The notes under the pieces were generated by a model, which saw only the letters and a list, made by a program, of their open reading frames with translations, did not search any database and was not told the origin of the DNA. A DNA stretch of 64,000 nt, taken from assembly GCA_051362555.1 (NCBI GenBank), contig CM120640.1, forward strand, positions 20,956,001 through 21,020,000, in the 5' to 3' direction. The stretch comes from Lingula anatina (lineage: Eukaryota; Animalia; Brachiopoda). Position numbers and translations under genes: made by a program. Shown in pieces: positions 52,376 through 64,000 of this stretch (within the stretch, counting starts at the first letter, position 1; each line of letters begins with the position of its first letter).

Positions 52376-54208
52376 TGGATATCTGACTTATAGTACGTAT
52401 TATAACATGTTAAAAGGGGTTATTGGTGATGCATAAACACTTATATAGCAAAGAAATGGAATTTTCACTTAAATTTTGCCAATTGTTAATTCCTGTACCT
52501 GTACCTAAAATAAATTTCTTGAGAAAATTAACATCAATTGGTACATTTTCAAAATCTATTCAAGATCTTTTTTTTTTTTTTCAATCCATCAATATTAAGA
52601 TTTATTCTGTAATTTATAAGATACACAGATGTGCACATATTTTACCATAAAATTCAGTTAACTTACTGTAAATAACATTCTCCTAGTGTGTAAGAAGGGT
52701 TAATTCAGGTATCATATTAATGATTCAATAATAATTTTAATGATAACCTTGCTTTATTCAAATGCCATCCAGCAGGATGCTTTTTTCAGATCCCGTTTAT
52801 ATACAAGGACATACATTTAAATATCTTGGTGGGTTTTGTTCATATGCAAGTGTATTATTGTGCCATATATTATCTTTTGCCTTTCTCCAATTTGCATGTG
52901 TAAGAGACTATGTATTCAAATTCTTTTAAAAAGACATTTTAACTGCAGTGATGTTAACCATATTTTTGCAAAGATTATTATTTTACAATGGAACATTGTT
53001 AGATATAAATATTTGTGAATGCCATTTTAAAATTGTTTATTGTCTGAACCTTCTGTTATTCAAAGTACTTTCACTTTTATAGAGTCATGTATTTGATTGT
53101 TTACTTCAGCGAAATAGTCAGTGGAGTTATTTTAGATGTTTGTGTATAGATAGAAATTTTATGAAGACTAGAATTGCAAAAGTTTGAACAACTACTCGTC
53201 AACCATCAATCAATCAATCACATAAGATATAAAGGATACAATTTTAGTGAGTATTACCAATGAAACCTTGGTCTGAACAAATTTAAGCATAACTGTGTCA
53301 ATGTTTTGATTTAACCTAAATTTGTTCATCTCAGAGATGGCAACACTATTGATTCTGCTTATTATTAATATAAGTCTCCTTTGGAAGTAGTTTAATCCAA
53401 AGATGTTATAGCAAATTAAATGGCCTTGTTGCCAATTTTTCACCTAATTATGCTTGCAACAAGAGTAAAGCAGTAAAACAACTGATACACATAATTACTT
53501 AGCATTGAGAATGATGATAAATTTTCTCTGTGCATTTTGTTCTGTGTTTATTTTTACTTTTTTTCCAGTAAAAATGGAGTTCAACTCTAACATACATACA
53601 AAATAATTCTAAATTTGGAAATGATCATAAATGTGAAAATAGTTTTTCAGTGAGGGGGGGGGGGGGGGCTGAGCTGTAAAAAAATAAAGTCTAAGAAAGT
53701 CTTAAGAAAACCTTGTCCCATGATGACAAATGGATAATATAAAAAGAATTTTTATAAATCAGCAAAAACAGTATATCTTCACACTTAAACCAGGTTGGAA
53801 AATTGGAAACTTGTATCTCAACCAGAGGGAAAGCACCCCATTTTGTCAATTTGTGTCACTGTTTTGATTTGACTGTGCCTGTCCACAGTATTTACCACCA
53901 AGAACTATTGCAGTGTATTGTGCATATATAAATATAAAAAAAATAATAAAATGGTTTATCACAAATTTTGTGTGTTGTTTGACTCGATACATTTTCATTC
54001 TTGAGTACCATGATAATAATTATATTACAAAATATGCCAATTATGAATCTCATGCCATGCTAAAATTTATGAATATTGACTTTTCAATCTTTAATTTCTC
54101 TCTACTCTCAACATGAGCAAAAAGCCACCCTTGCAAGCATCTAATCACACACTTCAAACTTTATACCTAATATATATATATAACAAAGCAAGAGCAGTCA
54201 TGCACCTA

Positions 54209-57200
54209 TTATGCGAGAGATGCGACTTCATGTTTTTCAGGTTCTTGAGCGCTAGTAAGGGGCTGAAAAATGTCACCTTTTCTCATGTGTTGAACAATTA
54301 AATAAAATTTATCACAGATTTCATTTGGAATGGGTAGCTGATCAATCATAAATGTTTGACCAGGAGTTTGTCCCAGCAAAAAATAATTTTTCCTTAATGT
54401 TGGATATTCTGTGTAAACCAACCACACAAAGCTGTACTCTATGTTCAGGTTCTGGTTATCCCAGTCTAACTTAACAGTCAGTAGCTGACTATCGTCTGGA
54501 ATGGACTTCAACTTCTTTGGTTCACTCAGGTTCTGACTCTGGTTTGAATGGAATGGTTGGAGAGAGATGTTTTTGGTATGTAACAAGGTTGTGCTTTCTA
54601 TCTCATCAAGATCTTTCTGCTGTAATATCTGAAAATGGGACAAACAACAATTGTCAAATTTTTAAAAAGACAGCTGAGAAATTAACGTACATGATTCAAT
54701 TAATTTACTTAAGCTATGTTTCTGGCCTACTGGTAAAATTTTTTAAAAAAGTATTTTTTTGCTAAGAAAAGAGAAAAAATCCTTACATTGCTATAGATAT
54801 ATTTAATAATACCCAATACCAATATTTCTACTACTTTGAGACAGAACACTAGAGCACAGCAGTGTTAAAAACACTAATTTAACTGAAATTGTGTTTTGCA
54901 AACTTAATACAATACATGTATATGAATTATATGAATTTTAAAATGGAGAAAAATTTGAGATTGATAACCATGTCTGACAAACACCACCAAAAAATATTTC
55001 ACCATTGCTTAAAAGAAAACCTTCAAATTCAATTCCTGAAAGGAGATTTTTAGAAATCTGCTATAGCAGTGCATTTTAAACATTTTGAAAAATTACTCAA
55101 CATGTTTACAATAGTTAGCATTTTGAAAGGCTGAATAAGGTGAACTTGGGCATAGAGGAATAGTACTGACACTTGCAGTAAAACCAGATACACTGACTGT
55201 TTCACACTAGCAATTCGTTCACTGTGGCTCAATAGATCATAACCATGTAAAATGATAACAACAGTTACCTGTATCTGTCCCAGAAAGATGCCTGCTTCTG
55301 TTGGTAGTGTAGAGGATTGTTTTGCACACATCCCAAGAGATATTTCTGTTATAACTCCACCACTAAACAGCTCTGACTCTTCAAGTTTGAAAACCCTAAA
55401 ATTCAGTATATTTAAAGATCATGCACTGAACTCTTATATTTATAATTTCATGCTACATGACTCTGAGTGAGTAAATGTTGAGACTTGAAATCTTTTGCTG
55501 CTCTTCTAATCTGCAGAGATTTTATGGCAAAAAGTGCTTCTTTACTATAGCAACAATATAGTAAAAATAATGTGACTTTTCAGAATAGGGTTTCCTTCTT
55601 AACTTTTCAATATTATCACTACTATTTTCCAATTCTTTAACTGGAGAAGTTTAAAAATTATAACCAAGACAAAATTTTACAAATATTCCACCCTCACCTT
55701 GTCTCCCATCCACACTGGTTCTGTGACTGAGCCATTCTGTGCCAATTTGGTATTTCTTCCCCCTGCAGACATTCTTTATTGACCATGTCAGTCATCTCAC
55801 TAGTATTTCCAACACTTTGGTCTCCTTCTCCTAGTGATATATTCACTGATTCCTCCTTCTTATTCCCAAAGTTAACATGCTTTGTTTTACCATCCTTCAC
55901 CACTGTCAACTTGAGGAATGCATTGGGGGACATACCTGGGATAGCCTTCACTGTATATGTTATCACCAGACTGCTTTCAATAGCAACTTCTGCAGCAAAT
56001 AATCTGCAAGAGAAAACTGTAATCAGAATTTTTAAAAATAATTATTCAGCTATTGTCTTAATAAGTAATATATATTAATATGTAATAAAGTGAATGAAAA
56101 GTACTTTACAACTTTTAAGTCCACAAATGACCATTTCCAGGCATGTAGATATTATCATCAACCAAGAATAAATTCCGATGGAAACATGTCCAAGATCAAA
56201 TCTATCAAGAATTCTCAAAAAAACCAGCAAAGCGACCCATTGAAATAAGTTTGGAATTTTAAAAAGTATGTGCAACTAAAGTACAATGAGGTTAACCTTA
56301 CTTAAAAGAAATAAAAGCAAAAAATAACATACAAAAAGGTTATGAAATTCTTAATCTTTTCATTCCACATTTTCTGTGTCATTCTTGCCCAGTTTCAGGA
56401 CCTACTTCCACACTGAATTACAAGTTAACAGTTAACACACACACCTGAAGATAATGTTTGACCCATCTGCAGGCAGCATGCCAGTGAGCTTGAGGCAAGA
56501 CCCTCCATTGTAGGCAGCCTCTGTACAGAGGCTCATGTGCTGTTGTTTCCGTTCTTGAGTAAACTGATCATTGGTGAATGTGGGCTGGGGACGCTGTAGA
56601 CTGAGGTTATGCCACGGAGTGGGGGATATTTTCTAAATGACAAAAGTCACATGACATTTATAAGAATTTCAACATAAATCAACTTTAAAACAATGGATAA
56701 ACAAATAGCATAAAATGTGTTAGGATATATTAACATAATTAATAGCCTAAAAAACTCTTTGTTTAAAAAATATACAATGTCATATCATCTTTAGAACGAG
56801 GACAAACAAAGATTTACAAAAAATTAGTCTACTTACAGTTCACTAACACTTCACTCCCAAGTAGAATGTTTTTATGAGTTAAGAAATCCAGCTTAAACCC
56901 TAAATAAGATAAAGCAGACACACACATGCCTAAATGAAATATTATACTACATACCTGTCCCCACTGAAAGAAACTGTTTCCAAAACCGTGGCAGAATGAG
57001 GTAGCAAACGGTAAGTCTCTAACAACAGGATGGATGGCGCAATGTTCATGAAGGAAACTCCAGAACCTAAAGGATAAAAATTTTGTTATATCAAGTTCTT
57101 AAACTGAAGAAGAATTCCTCAGCACTTATGCACTGGAAATCCTTGTATTTTTTCAGTATGCAGTCCACTTGTTAATTCTATTTGAAAGTCAGCATCAGTC

Positions 57201-60200
57201 AAAAATGGCTAAAATCATAAATGTTTTGCTAGTGCTTGTCAATGAATGGAAATAGCTACAGTGGGCAAATTGAATATAATATAGTTGAAGATGGCTTGCA
57301 AGCTAGACATTTTCTATCAATATAGTGGATGGATCAGTTTACAAATACAAAAATGACAAAATACTAACTTATTGTCGTTTTCTGTAAACTCCTCCTTGCC
57401 CAGTTTCTCATAGACCCAACCCTGAGCAAATATGGCAACAGACAGACCCTGTCTCCTGGCCACAGTGACAGCCTTGAAAAGAGGAAAGGAAACGAAAATT
57501 CAGTATACTGAAAAGAAATAAGAGTAACTGCTTATTAAAAGTTATATGGAAACAAGAAAACACAATTCATTGTTGTAACTTACAATCGAAATTTCAGTTA
57601 CACATTAATATTCAAATGATGCAAATAAATTTTATTTTTATGTCTGAGGTCTTCTAGTGTTTGTGAGATCCCTGTGTTTTAAACTTTAATAAATTTATTA
57701 TTGATTCTATGCCAAGAAAGAAAAAAATGAGAGACAGAGAAAGAGAGAGAACATAGGACTATCTATAGATTTTTTTATCTCAATAATATAAGAAAAATAA
57801 AAATACACTAAAAGTCCAGTACATGCATTTCTCCCCTTTAAATTGATAACTACCACAGTATTGTGATGATTAGTCTCAGTAAATTAACCATCATCTTAAA
57901 ATACCTCTTTGGTATTGAAACCTCCTCCTCCAAAACAATTCCTGCCAAACACATCCACACCAACATACACATCATGAGGCCTCTGCTTGGCAACAGCTCT
58001 GGCAAAAGAATTACTGAGCTTCTCTTCTGTCCAAGTATAGTTGAGAAATATCCCATCACAAACATCAAAAAAAGCACTGAAATGCAAGACATTACAGTTA
58101 CCTTGCATACATTAATAAAGCTGCACTATAAAAGACCGAACTTGAATTTAATAAAAAAAATTCATTGATGTTCATGATTTTCAACAGTAATTGACAGCAA
58201 AAACCACAATATCCATAGACTTATCCCATGGTTAATTTTTTCCTCAGGGCCTTTTTATACATAACAATTCTTAAACTATGAACAAAAAGCAACACTTTAA
58301 AGTTTAAAAAAATCAAAATAAATTTAAAACTCCAAATATATATCTAATGTCCATAATTTCTGCACCAAGAAATATAAAAAAATCACAAGGAAAAAAATCC
58401 TACCTGTTGTTCTCATTGAGCTCATCTTGCCACTTGAGCTTTCCACTAGTGATAACACTATCATACCAAATAACCTGTGAGTGTGGATTGACATCATGCA
58501 TGGCTTTGGTAAGCTGTCGAACAAACTCAATCAGGTGGCCCACCTCATCTTTCTAGAAATTAAGCAACTTGTATGATCACTCTGCACCTTCTACTTTTGA
58601 CCAACTAATCACTCAAGAAACTTTTAGTGTGGATCAAAATGACATGTCGCAGATGAAAATCTGTTTATGGTAAAACTAGTCTAATACAACTGCTAAAAAT
58701 AGACCTAAGCTGGCAAGTAATCAACTTTGTGTTTTATGTCAGACTCTAAATCTACTTGTCACTTGCCTTGAACTGGCACATTTCTATTTAAACTAGTTCT
58801 AATGGTGTAGAACTTTATACAAGTACCTCATAAATAAAAAGGTGGTAAAAATAGGTCTTTGCTATTTTGAAACACCAGCTTTATTTATCCAGGTGTATAT
58901 TTCATCTCAATAACCTAACATTTCATATTCCCATTCAAAGACTAACAATAAATTTGAGCAAACCTTAATCTCATTTTCAATATTGACAAGCCAGCCATCA
59001 AAGTTGCAAAATGTAGCTATTTCCACCATCCTCTTTACTAAATCCATGTATGCCTTCTCTGAACTAAGGAAGCTCCTACACCTGGAGGCTCCGTCATCCC
59101 ATTCTGTTATCAAAGTACCTGGATAGAAAAAGAAAACCATATTGTGTAGATGCTGTATCCTTGAAAAAAATTACAGTAAATACTAAGAGTTGATCTCTGA
59201 ACATAAAGATGAATATTTGCAAGAATTTTTTAGGATAAAAATGCAATTAACAATTACCATGAATGAATATCATTAATTATTAACCGTATTCCTGAAAAAT
59301 CTTGATGCAATATGCACTAAGCTTCTTTGAGACTCACAGTATAAACTTTTCTCAATTTTTGAAATAGCATGAGTGTTGGATAAATTGATTTTAGAATATT
59401 TGGGTAAGGCTCCCCCACCTCCACCTAGAATTGCCTAAACATATCACTGGATTTCCTTTTTTTTACACTCTTTGTGTACCTAGCATTGGCACTCCATGCC
59501 TGTGAGCAGCATTGGTCCAGCCTGGTGGAGGGATTGTGATGAAGTAGTGGCTAAAGTAGACAAATGTATCTATGGACTGCCAGTGGAAAAACCTATAGCT
59601 ATTGCAGTCATCACTGCCTTGAACAAACCTGCATAAACAAAACAAAGAAAAAATCTGTATTGGTTATATATTTTTCTGTCATTAGTTATACACTTGTTCT
59701 CACAAGTTGTTTCAGTTAAAGTTTTTTAAGTTAACAGATTGTCAATCCATGACTTTTCTTGCAGCTATTCCCCAATAGAGAAAGGCAACACTAAAGGTAG
59801 TAACATTAATCACGTTTATGTACTATGTTATAATTCATAAATTTTAAATGAATAAAACAAAATCATAATGCCAGCACACCTGTCCTGGAGATAGCCTCCA
59901 GCCATATCATGGCAGATAAGTGTCCTTGGACGATCTGGACGTGGTTGACCAGTGAATCGGACAGTAGACACATAGTGCTGGTGATCTTCTTTTTGCCATA
60001 CACTAAGGTCTTCTAATGTCTTGATAGGAAGGCAGACTGGGCCACATTCTGAAATATAAACAACACTGGATAATTTTACAGAAGTGGTCAAAAAGGTAAT
60101 TTTATGGGGTTACATGGTACAGGTTATACAGTACATGTAGCTGGACCTGGGATATAGATATATTTTTGTCATTTCCTCCTCCTATCTTGCTCTCCATAAG

Positions 60201-60603
60201 CTAGGAAATCAAGTTCTAATGGTATACTTATGAAAAAAACTTGGAATCAAATATTTTTCCTTATATTGCACATTCAATGAATACCTTCACTTTGCCTATT
60301 CATTTCACATTCACATATTTAGCAAATTTATTTAAACTGTATCTACATTGTTATGCTTATTGTTTGGAATATTAGCATTCTGAGAAAGAAAGAATGTACA
60401 CTTCCAGTGGCAAATTCCAGATAAACACTCCTTCTCAATATATGTTCAATTTAATTTTTTTTTAAAGGTGAGAGTAAGAATTTTCTGTGGAACTTAACGA
60501 ACCTCAGTATAGCAACTTAAAAAAACAAAAATTATAATTACAAGATTTATACATTCTCACACAAAAAACAGGTTAATTTCAAACCTTGGTTACTGTCGCT
60601 CAT
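54209..60603 (-). CDS. ENGASE: Cytosolic endo-beta-N-acetylglucosaminidase (GH85)
   Basis: 12 phase-compatible exons: 60603-60585, 60048-59880, 59628-59480, 59118-58964, 58552-58404, 58076-57905, 57472-57369, 57066-56955, 56632-56445, 56003-55698, 55395-55269, 54628-54209. Motifs RTLICHDMAGGYLQDRF, FVYFSHYFITIPPPGWTNAAHRHGV, GTLITEW, FDGWLVNIEN (catalytic N-x-E), WYDSV, VYVGVDVFGR, AIFAQGW, AYNGGSCL. The first exon is the least certain. Confidence 0.93.
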
Positions 60604-62681
60604 AGCATCATATCTCACATTCTCCTATTGATCTAGTTCATTTTAATGAAAGTAGAATATCTGCCAGGGCCGTAGCCTGAGCAAAATGCCAGGGGGGGCA
60701 GTAAGCAGACACGAGGGGGCGAAGCCCCCGAGGGGGGAGGGGGTGTTCAAAACTGTATGTATAATACTGCATTCTGGTGCATTTTAACTGTTATTTATTG
60801 GTCAATCAGAAGTCAGAAATTGTGGGTTCATTTTGCCATAAGTACAGTCATTTTTTCAACACAACACGCCAATTGGCCTGGGGGATAGCTCCCTCAGGGA
60901 GGGTGAGCTTTTTGGCATGAACTGAGTTGGCTAAAAACAGTACACCTTTGTAAACAGATTGTTGAATGATTGTATAGTGGCCATGAGTGCCTTTTCTCAC
61001 AGAATTGATACCAACTTTGCAATTATTTTTTTTTACCTTTGCGATTATTTTTTAACAAAATCCGCAATTTAATTTCCTCCATTATAAGCAAGAGCGAACA
61101 GAGTTAAAAGTATAAGACGACACACAGTCAAATGTTTTAGACGACACACGGCAAAACCGCATACTCATAGAAAGTAATATGCAAAACCTTCGTTTCCAGG
61201 TATATTGTGAAAAAAATATACTTGAGGTCGAGAACAAAATTTGTCAGTAAAATAAACTTGTATCTCGTTACTCTCATCCCTTTAGTGCAGTCTAATTTTT
61301 TGTTGGTATCACGGACTAATAACGTGCGAATATTATAAAAAAAAAAAAGGTTGTCATTTTTAATTTTAAAAATTTCGTTACCAAAGTAGGCTAAAACTTC
61401 GTTACTTCGTGCCCATAATAGCAATGCATGAATTTTAAATTTTTCAAAGATTTATTTTTTTAAAAAAGCCATATTTATCACTTTATGCCACTAGAGATTT
61501 CGAAAAGGTAGTCTACATGTGGAATTCGCGACTACTCTGTACTGTACTATCTTTTTAAACTCATTTTGACTTCTCATCAAATCGAGAGGTGTAACCCCCC
61601 ACCCCCTCCCCCTCTGACAACGATGATCATGAACTACGACTGAATCTCACCTGGCTGCACTGGAACGAATTGAGACATCATTCAGTTCTTGTTCCCTTAC
61701 ACTTACTTTCTACCAAACTGTTTCTTGTTTCTATATATTGATTAGAAGCCGGCACCAGTCTCGGTTTCATTCAGATTATAGAGTAACACATGACCTTGAC
61801 CTTCAGCTACCTTGCAGATTAGGGGAGACTACAATACAATACAATACAATAAATTTTATTTCATGTCGGGTATAAATTGAAAGGAAACATTAGCTTTACA
61901 GCTATTCGCCGACTGGGTAAGGACAAAAACATATCTACAATAATGCAATATTACACATGAAGTCTAGTAAGAATAAGAGAAAATCTTTCTACAAAGACCC
62001 CGCATTATGGAACGACCCCGGATTATGGAACAAAACCGGAAGTTTGCCCTTTTTACCCAGCATGCAGAGCGTAAAAAATCCCCGTTGCCACGAAAGTTTC
62101 AAGCGTCTGCTACAATGTATCAAACGCGCTATGCAGACGCATGTTACGACCTGAAAGTTCGTTGCTCTCAAATTTGATAAAATTAATAATGAACTTACGT
62201 TTATTCAAGCAAGTTTTAAAGCCGTTTATCGTCCGCTTTCGTCTGCACGTGTTACTGTCAGTTTCCGATCTCGATTTCTAACCTTTTCATACTGACTACG
62301 GGTAGATACATCGATCGCTGTGGACGTAAACACGGTCGTCTTTTACTGCTATAAGTATTGTAGCCTAACTTGTCTCATCCCTTAGCCTATTGTTTGTATT
62401 TCTTGTTTTCGGCTTAATGAAACAATTTTAAAACATCCACTTTCAAGAGGTTGAAGTATTCCAAGATCTCATAAAAATGGCTTTGATGTTGGGCATAGCT
62501 GTGGGTGCTTTCTGCTCACTGTAAACTGCCGCTAGAGGACGCTACGAGCGCTATTAGACTCAAGCGACTTGTGAAATAAATAAATTTGTTCTCACAAAAT
62601 AACACTTAATGTTGACTTTTGTATTGACATTATGAGAGAAAAAATCGTTACTGACCTTTTTCATGCTCGATAAATTTCAGC

Positions 62682-63240
62682 ATGTCAAAGAGGAAATTAT
62701 AGGCCCACTCTTATTCAATATCAGAGGCGGCACGTAGGCCTATAGGGCCTATTTGAGGTGCCAAAGACGATCATTTTAAATCATATTTCAGGTAGGCCTA
62801 CACAAATGACACATGATTGATCTTTGTTGTGATGAAAAAAAATATTAGACTTATGAATCATTAAGGGCCTACTAGGTTTGCGCCTTTTCTGGGAGTTTTA
62901 TCTTTAAAACTTCTTATTTCAACTATCTCTATCCAGTAGGCCTATCTTCTTCTTCTATTTTTCTTAATATACCACAGGTGCTCTCAAGGGAGGTGGTCAT
63001 GGGAAGTTGGCCCTCAGTCACTCTGATGAGGCAGCTCTAGTCCACTACTGCCTTATTATGAGTGACTGGGGGTTTCCCTCACCAAAGACTTGGAGTCTTC
63101 AAGTTTGCTCTGGCGGTGGGAAAACAAAGGGATAGGCCTATGGGCTTTTCAGCGTCTAACGGCTGGTGGGATCGGTTCATGAATCGACATCCCGAGTTGT
63201 CCCTTAGAAAACCGGGAAGGATAAATAGGTGCAATATAGT
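62682..63240 (+). mobile_element. Decayed pogo/Fot1-like (Tc1-mariner superfamily) transposase N-terminus
   Basis: psq-like HTH (YSISEAAR..EVPKTIILNHISG) followed by CENP-B-type HTH (LSHSDEAALVHYCLIMSDWGFP..SNGWWDRFMNRHPELSLRKP), with frameshifts; possible element end at TA|CAAAGACCCCGCATTATGGAAC near 61992. Confidence 0.75.
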
Positions 63241-63581
63241 GAAATAAAAAACATGCTAAATAAATGAAAAATAATGAGAAAATGAATTTTGTCTTCAAAT
63301 AAAGATTTGTTCTGACATCGGATAATAAGAAAGCATTATTTAAAAACTTGAAAGAAAGAAAGAAAGAAAAGAAGAGCTGTAGAAAAAATGAGAAAAGCCG
63401 AAGATGGCGCTAAGCGAAGAATGGAGAAAGAGGAGAAGAGAAGAGCGGGTGTGGAGAGGGAGAGGAAGAAGGCTGAGGTACGAGAGCGAAAGGCACAGAG
63501 GGCATTGGAGGTGAAACGTACGTAGAAAAGAAAAGAAGGAAGAAGAGAGAAAAAAGAATTTTTACATTGCGTTGTTTGTAA

Positions 63582-63820
63582 AGCCTAGGTCCCAACCGAA
63601 CGTACGGGCTGCTACGTGTGGTCTACGGCCAAAAAAAATGGGAAAAATTTGGGGAGTTCGTGCGTGAGAACACATCCATCGTGCGACTTTTGGAAGACGC
63701 AAACAGCACATAGTAACTTTTCGACATGATCCACAGCCGCTACGTGCGATCTAGCTACGTCCTAGCCGGACGCAAGGAACTAAAAAACCGTGCGTGCAAA
63801 ACGTATTTGGGACCTAGACT
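63582..63820. mobile_element. PIF/Harbinger-like MITE
   Basis: TIR AGCCTAGGTCCCAA / TTGGGACCTAGACT with 3-bp TSD TAA on both sides. Confidence 0.75.
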
Positions 63821-64000
63821 TAACGCGCAAGAACATTTCACTTGCGCTTAAACCACTACATTTTTGGACGTTTTCCTGTGTTATATCTGCTGGAATTTAT
63901 CAACATTGGTTGAGTTCTTTTGTTTTATACATTTTTTAAAGATTTATATATATATATAGGACCTATATATATATATATTTTTTTTTTTTTTTACCGCAAA

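Larger units (their letters stand above)
31888..56702. repeat. ~25-kb tandem segmental duplication, unit 2
   Basis: Collinear with 6895-31862; ENGase intron similarity ends near 31862 and 56702. Confidence 0.9.

Noticed and set aside
56075-56275. Extra ENGase exon suggested by an ORF conserved in the duplicate (31390-31632)
   Set aside because: Conservation is explained by the segmental duplication; exon 9 splices in phase to 56003 (RLFAAEV), which fits ENGase.

Overview
AT-rich, intron-rich eukaryotic DNA, probably from a marine invertebrate (lophotrochozoan-like repeat families; inferred). The window holds an ADP-ribosylation/ubiquitin innate-immunity-type locus. (1) On the minus strand is a gene with at least 12 tandem PARP14/PARP10-type RRM repeats that runs off the left edge. 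(2) Head-to-head with it, across a promoter of about 260 bp carrying kB, CRE, CCAAT and IRF-like motifs, is a 10-exon plus-strand gene. By hand splicing it encodes one ~1088-aa chain: RRM/KH-like, macrodomain, RING, Deltex C-terminal (DTC) and a PARP-family catalytic domain. This combines the domains of the vertebrate DTX3L-PARP9 heterodimer in a single protein. (3) A ~25-kb tandem duplication (about 6895-31862 and 31888-56702) produced a second intact-frame copy (~1035 aa) with substitutions predicted to disable its macrodomain (GGG>GGR) and PARP domain (H>Y). It also left a decayed poly-RRM/ENGase chimera at the junction. (4) An intact 12-exon ENGase (GH85) gene lies on the minus strand. Introns contain many copy-specific DNA transposon, MITE, Helentron-like and LINE insertions. 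All gene models were spliced by eye from GT-AG sites and phase matching, without transcript or database support.
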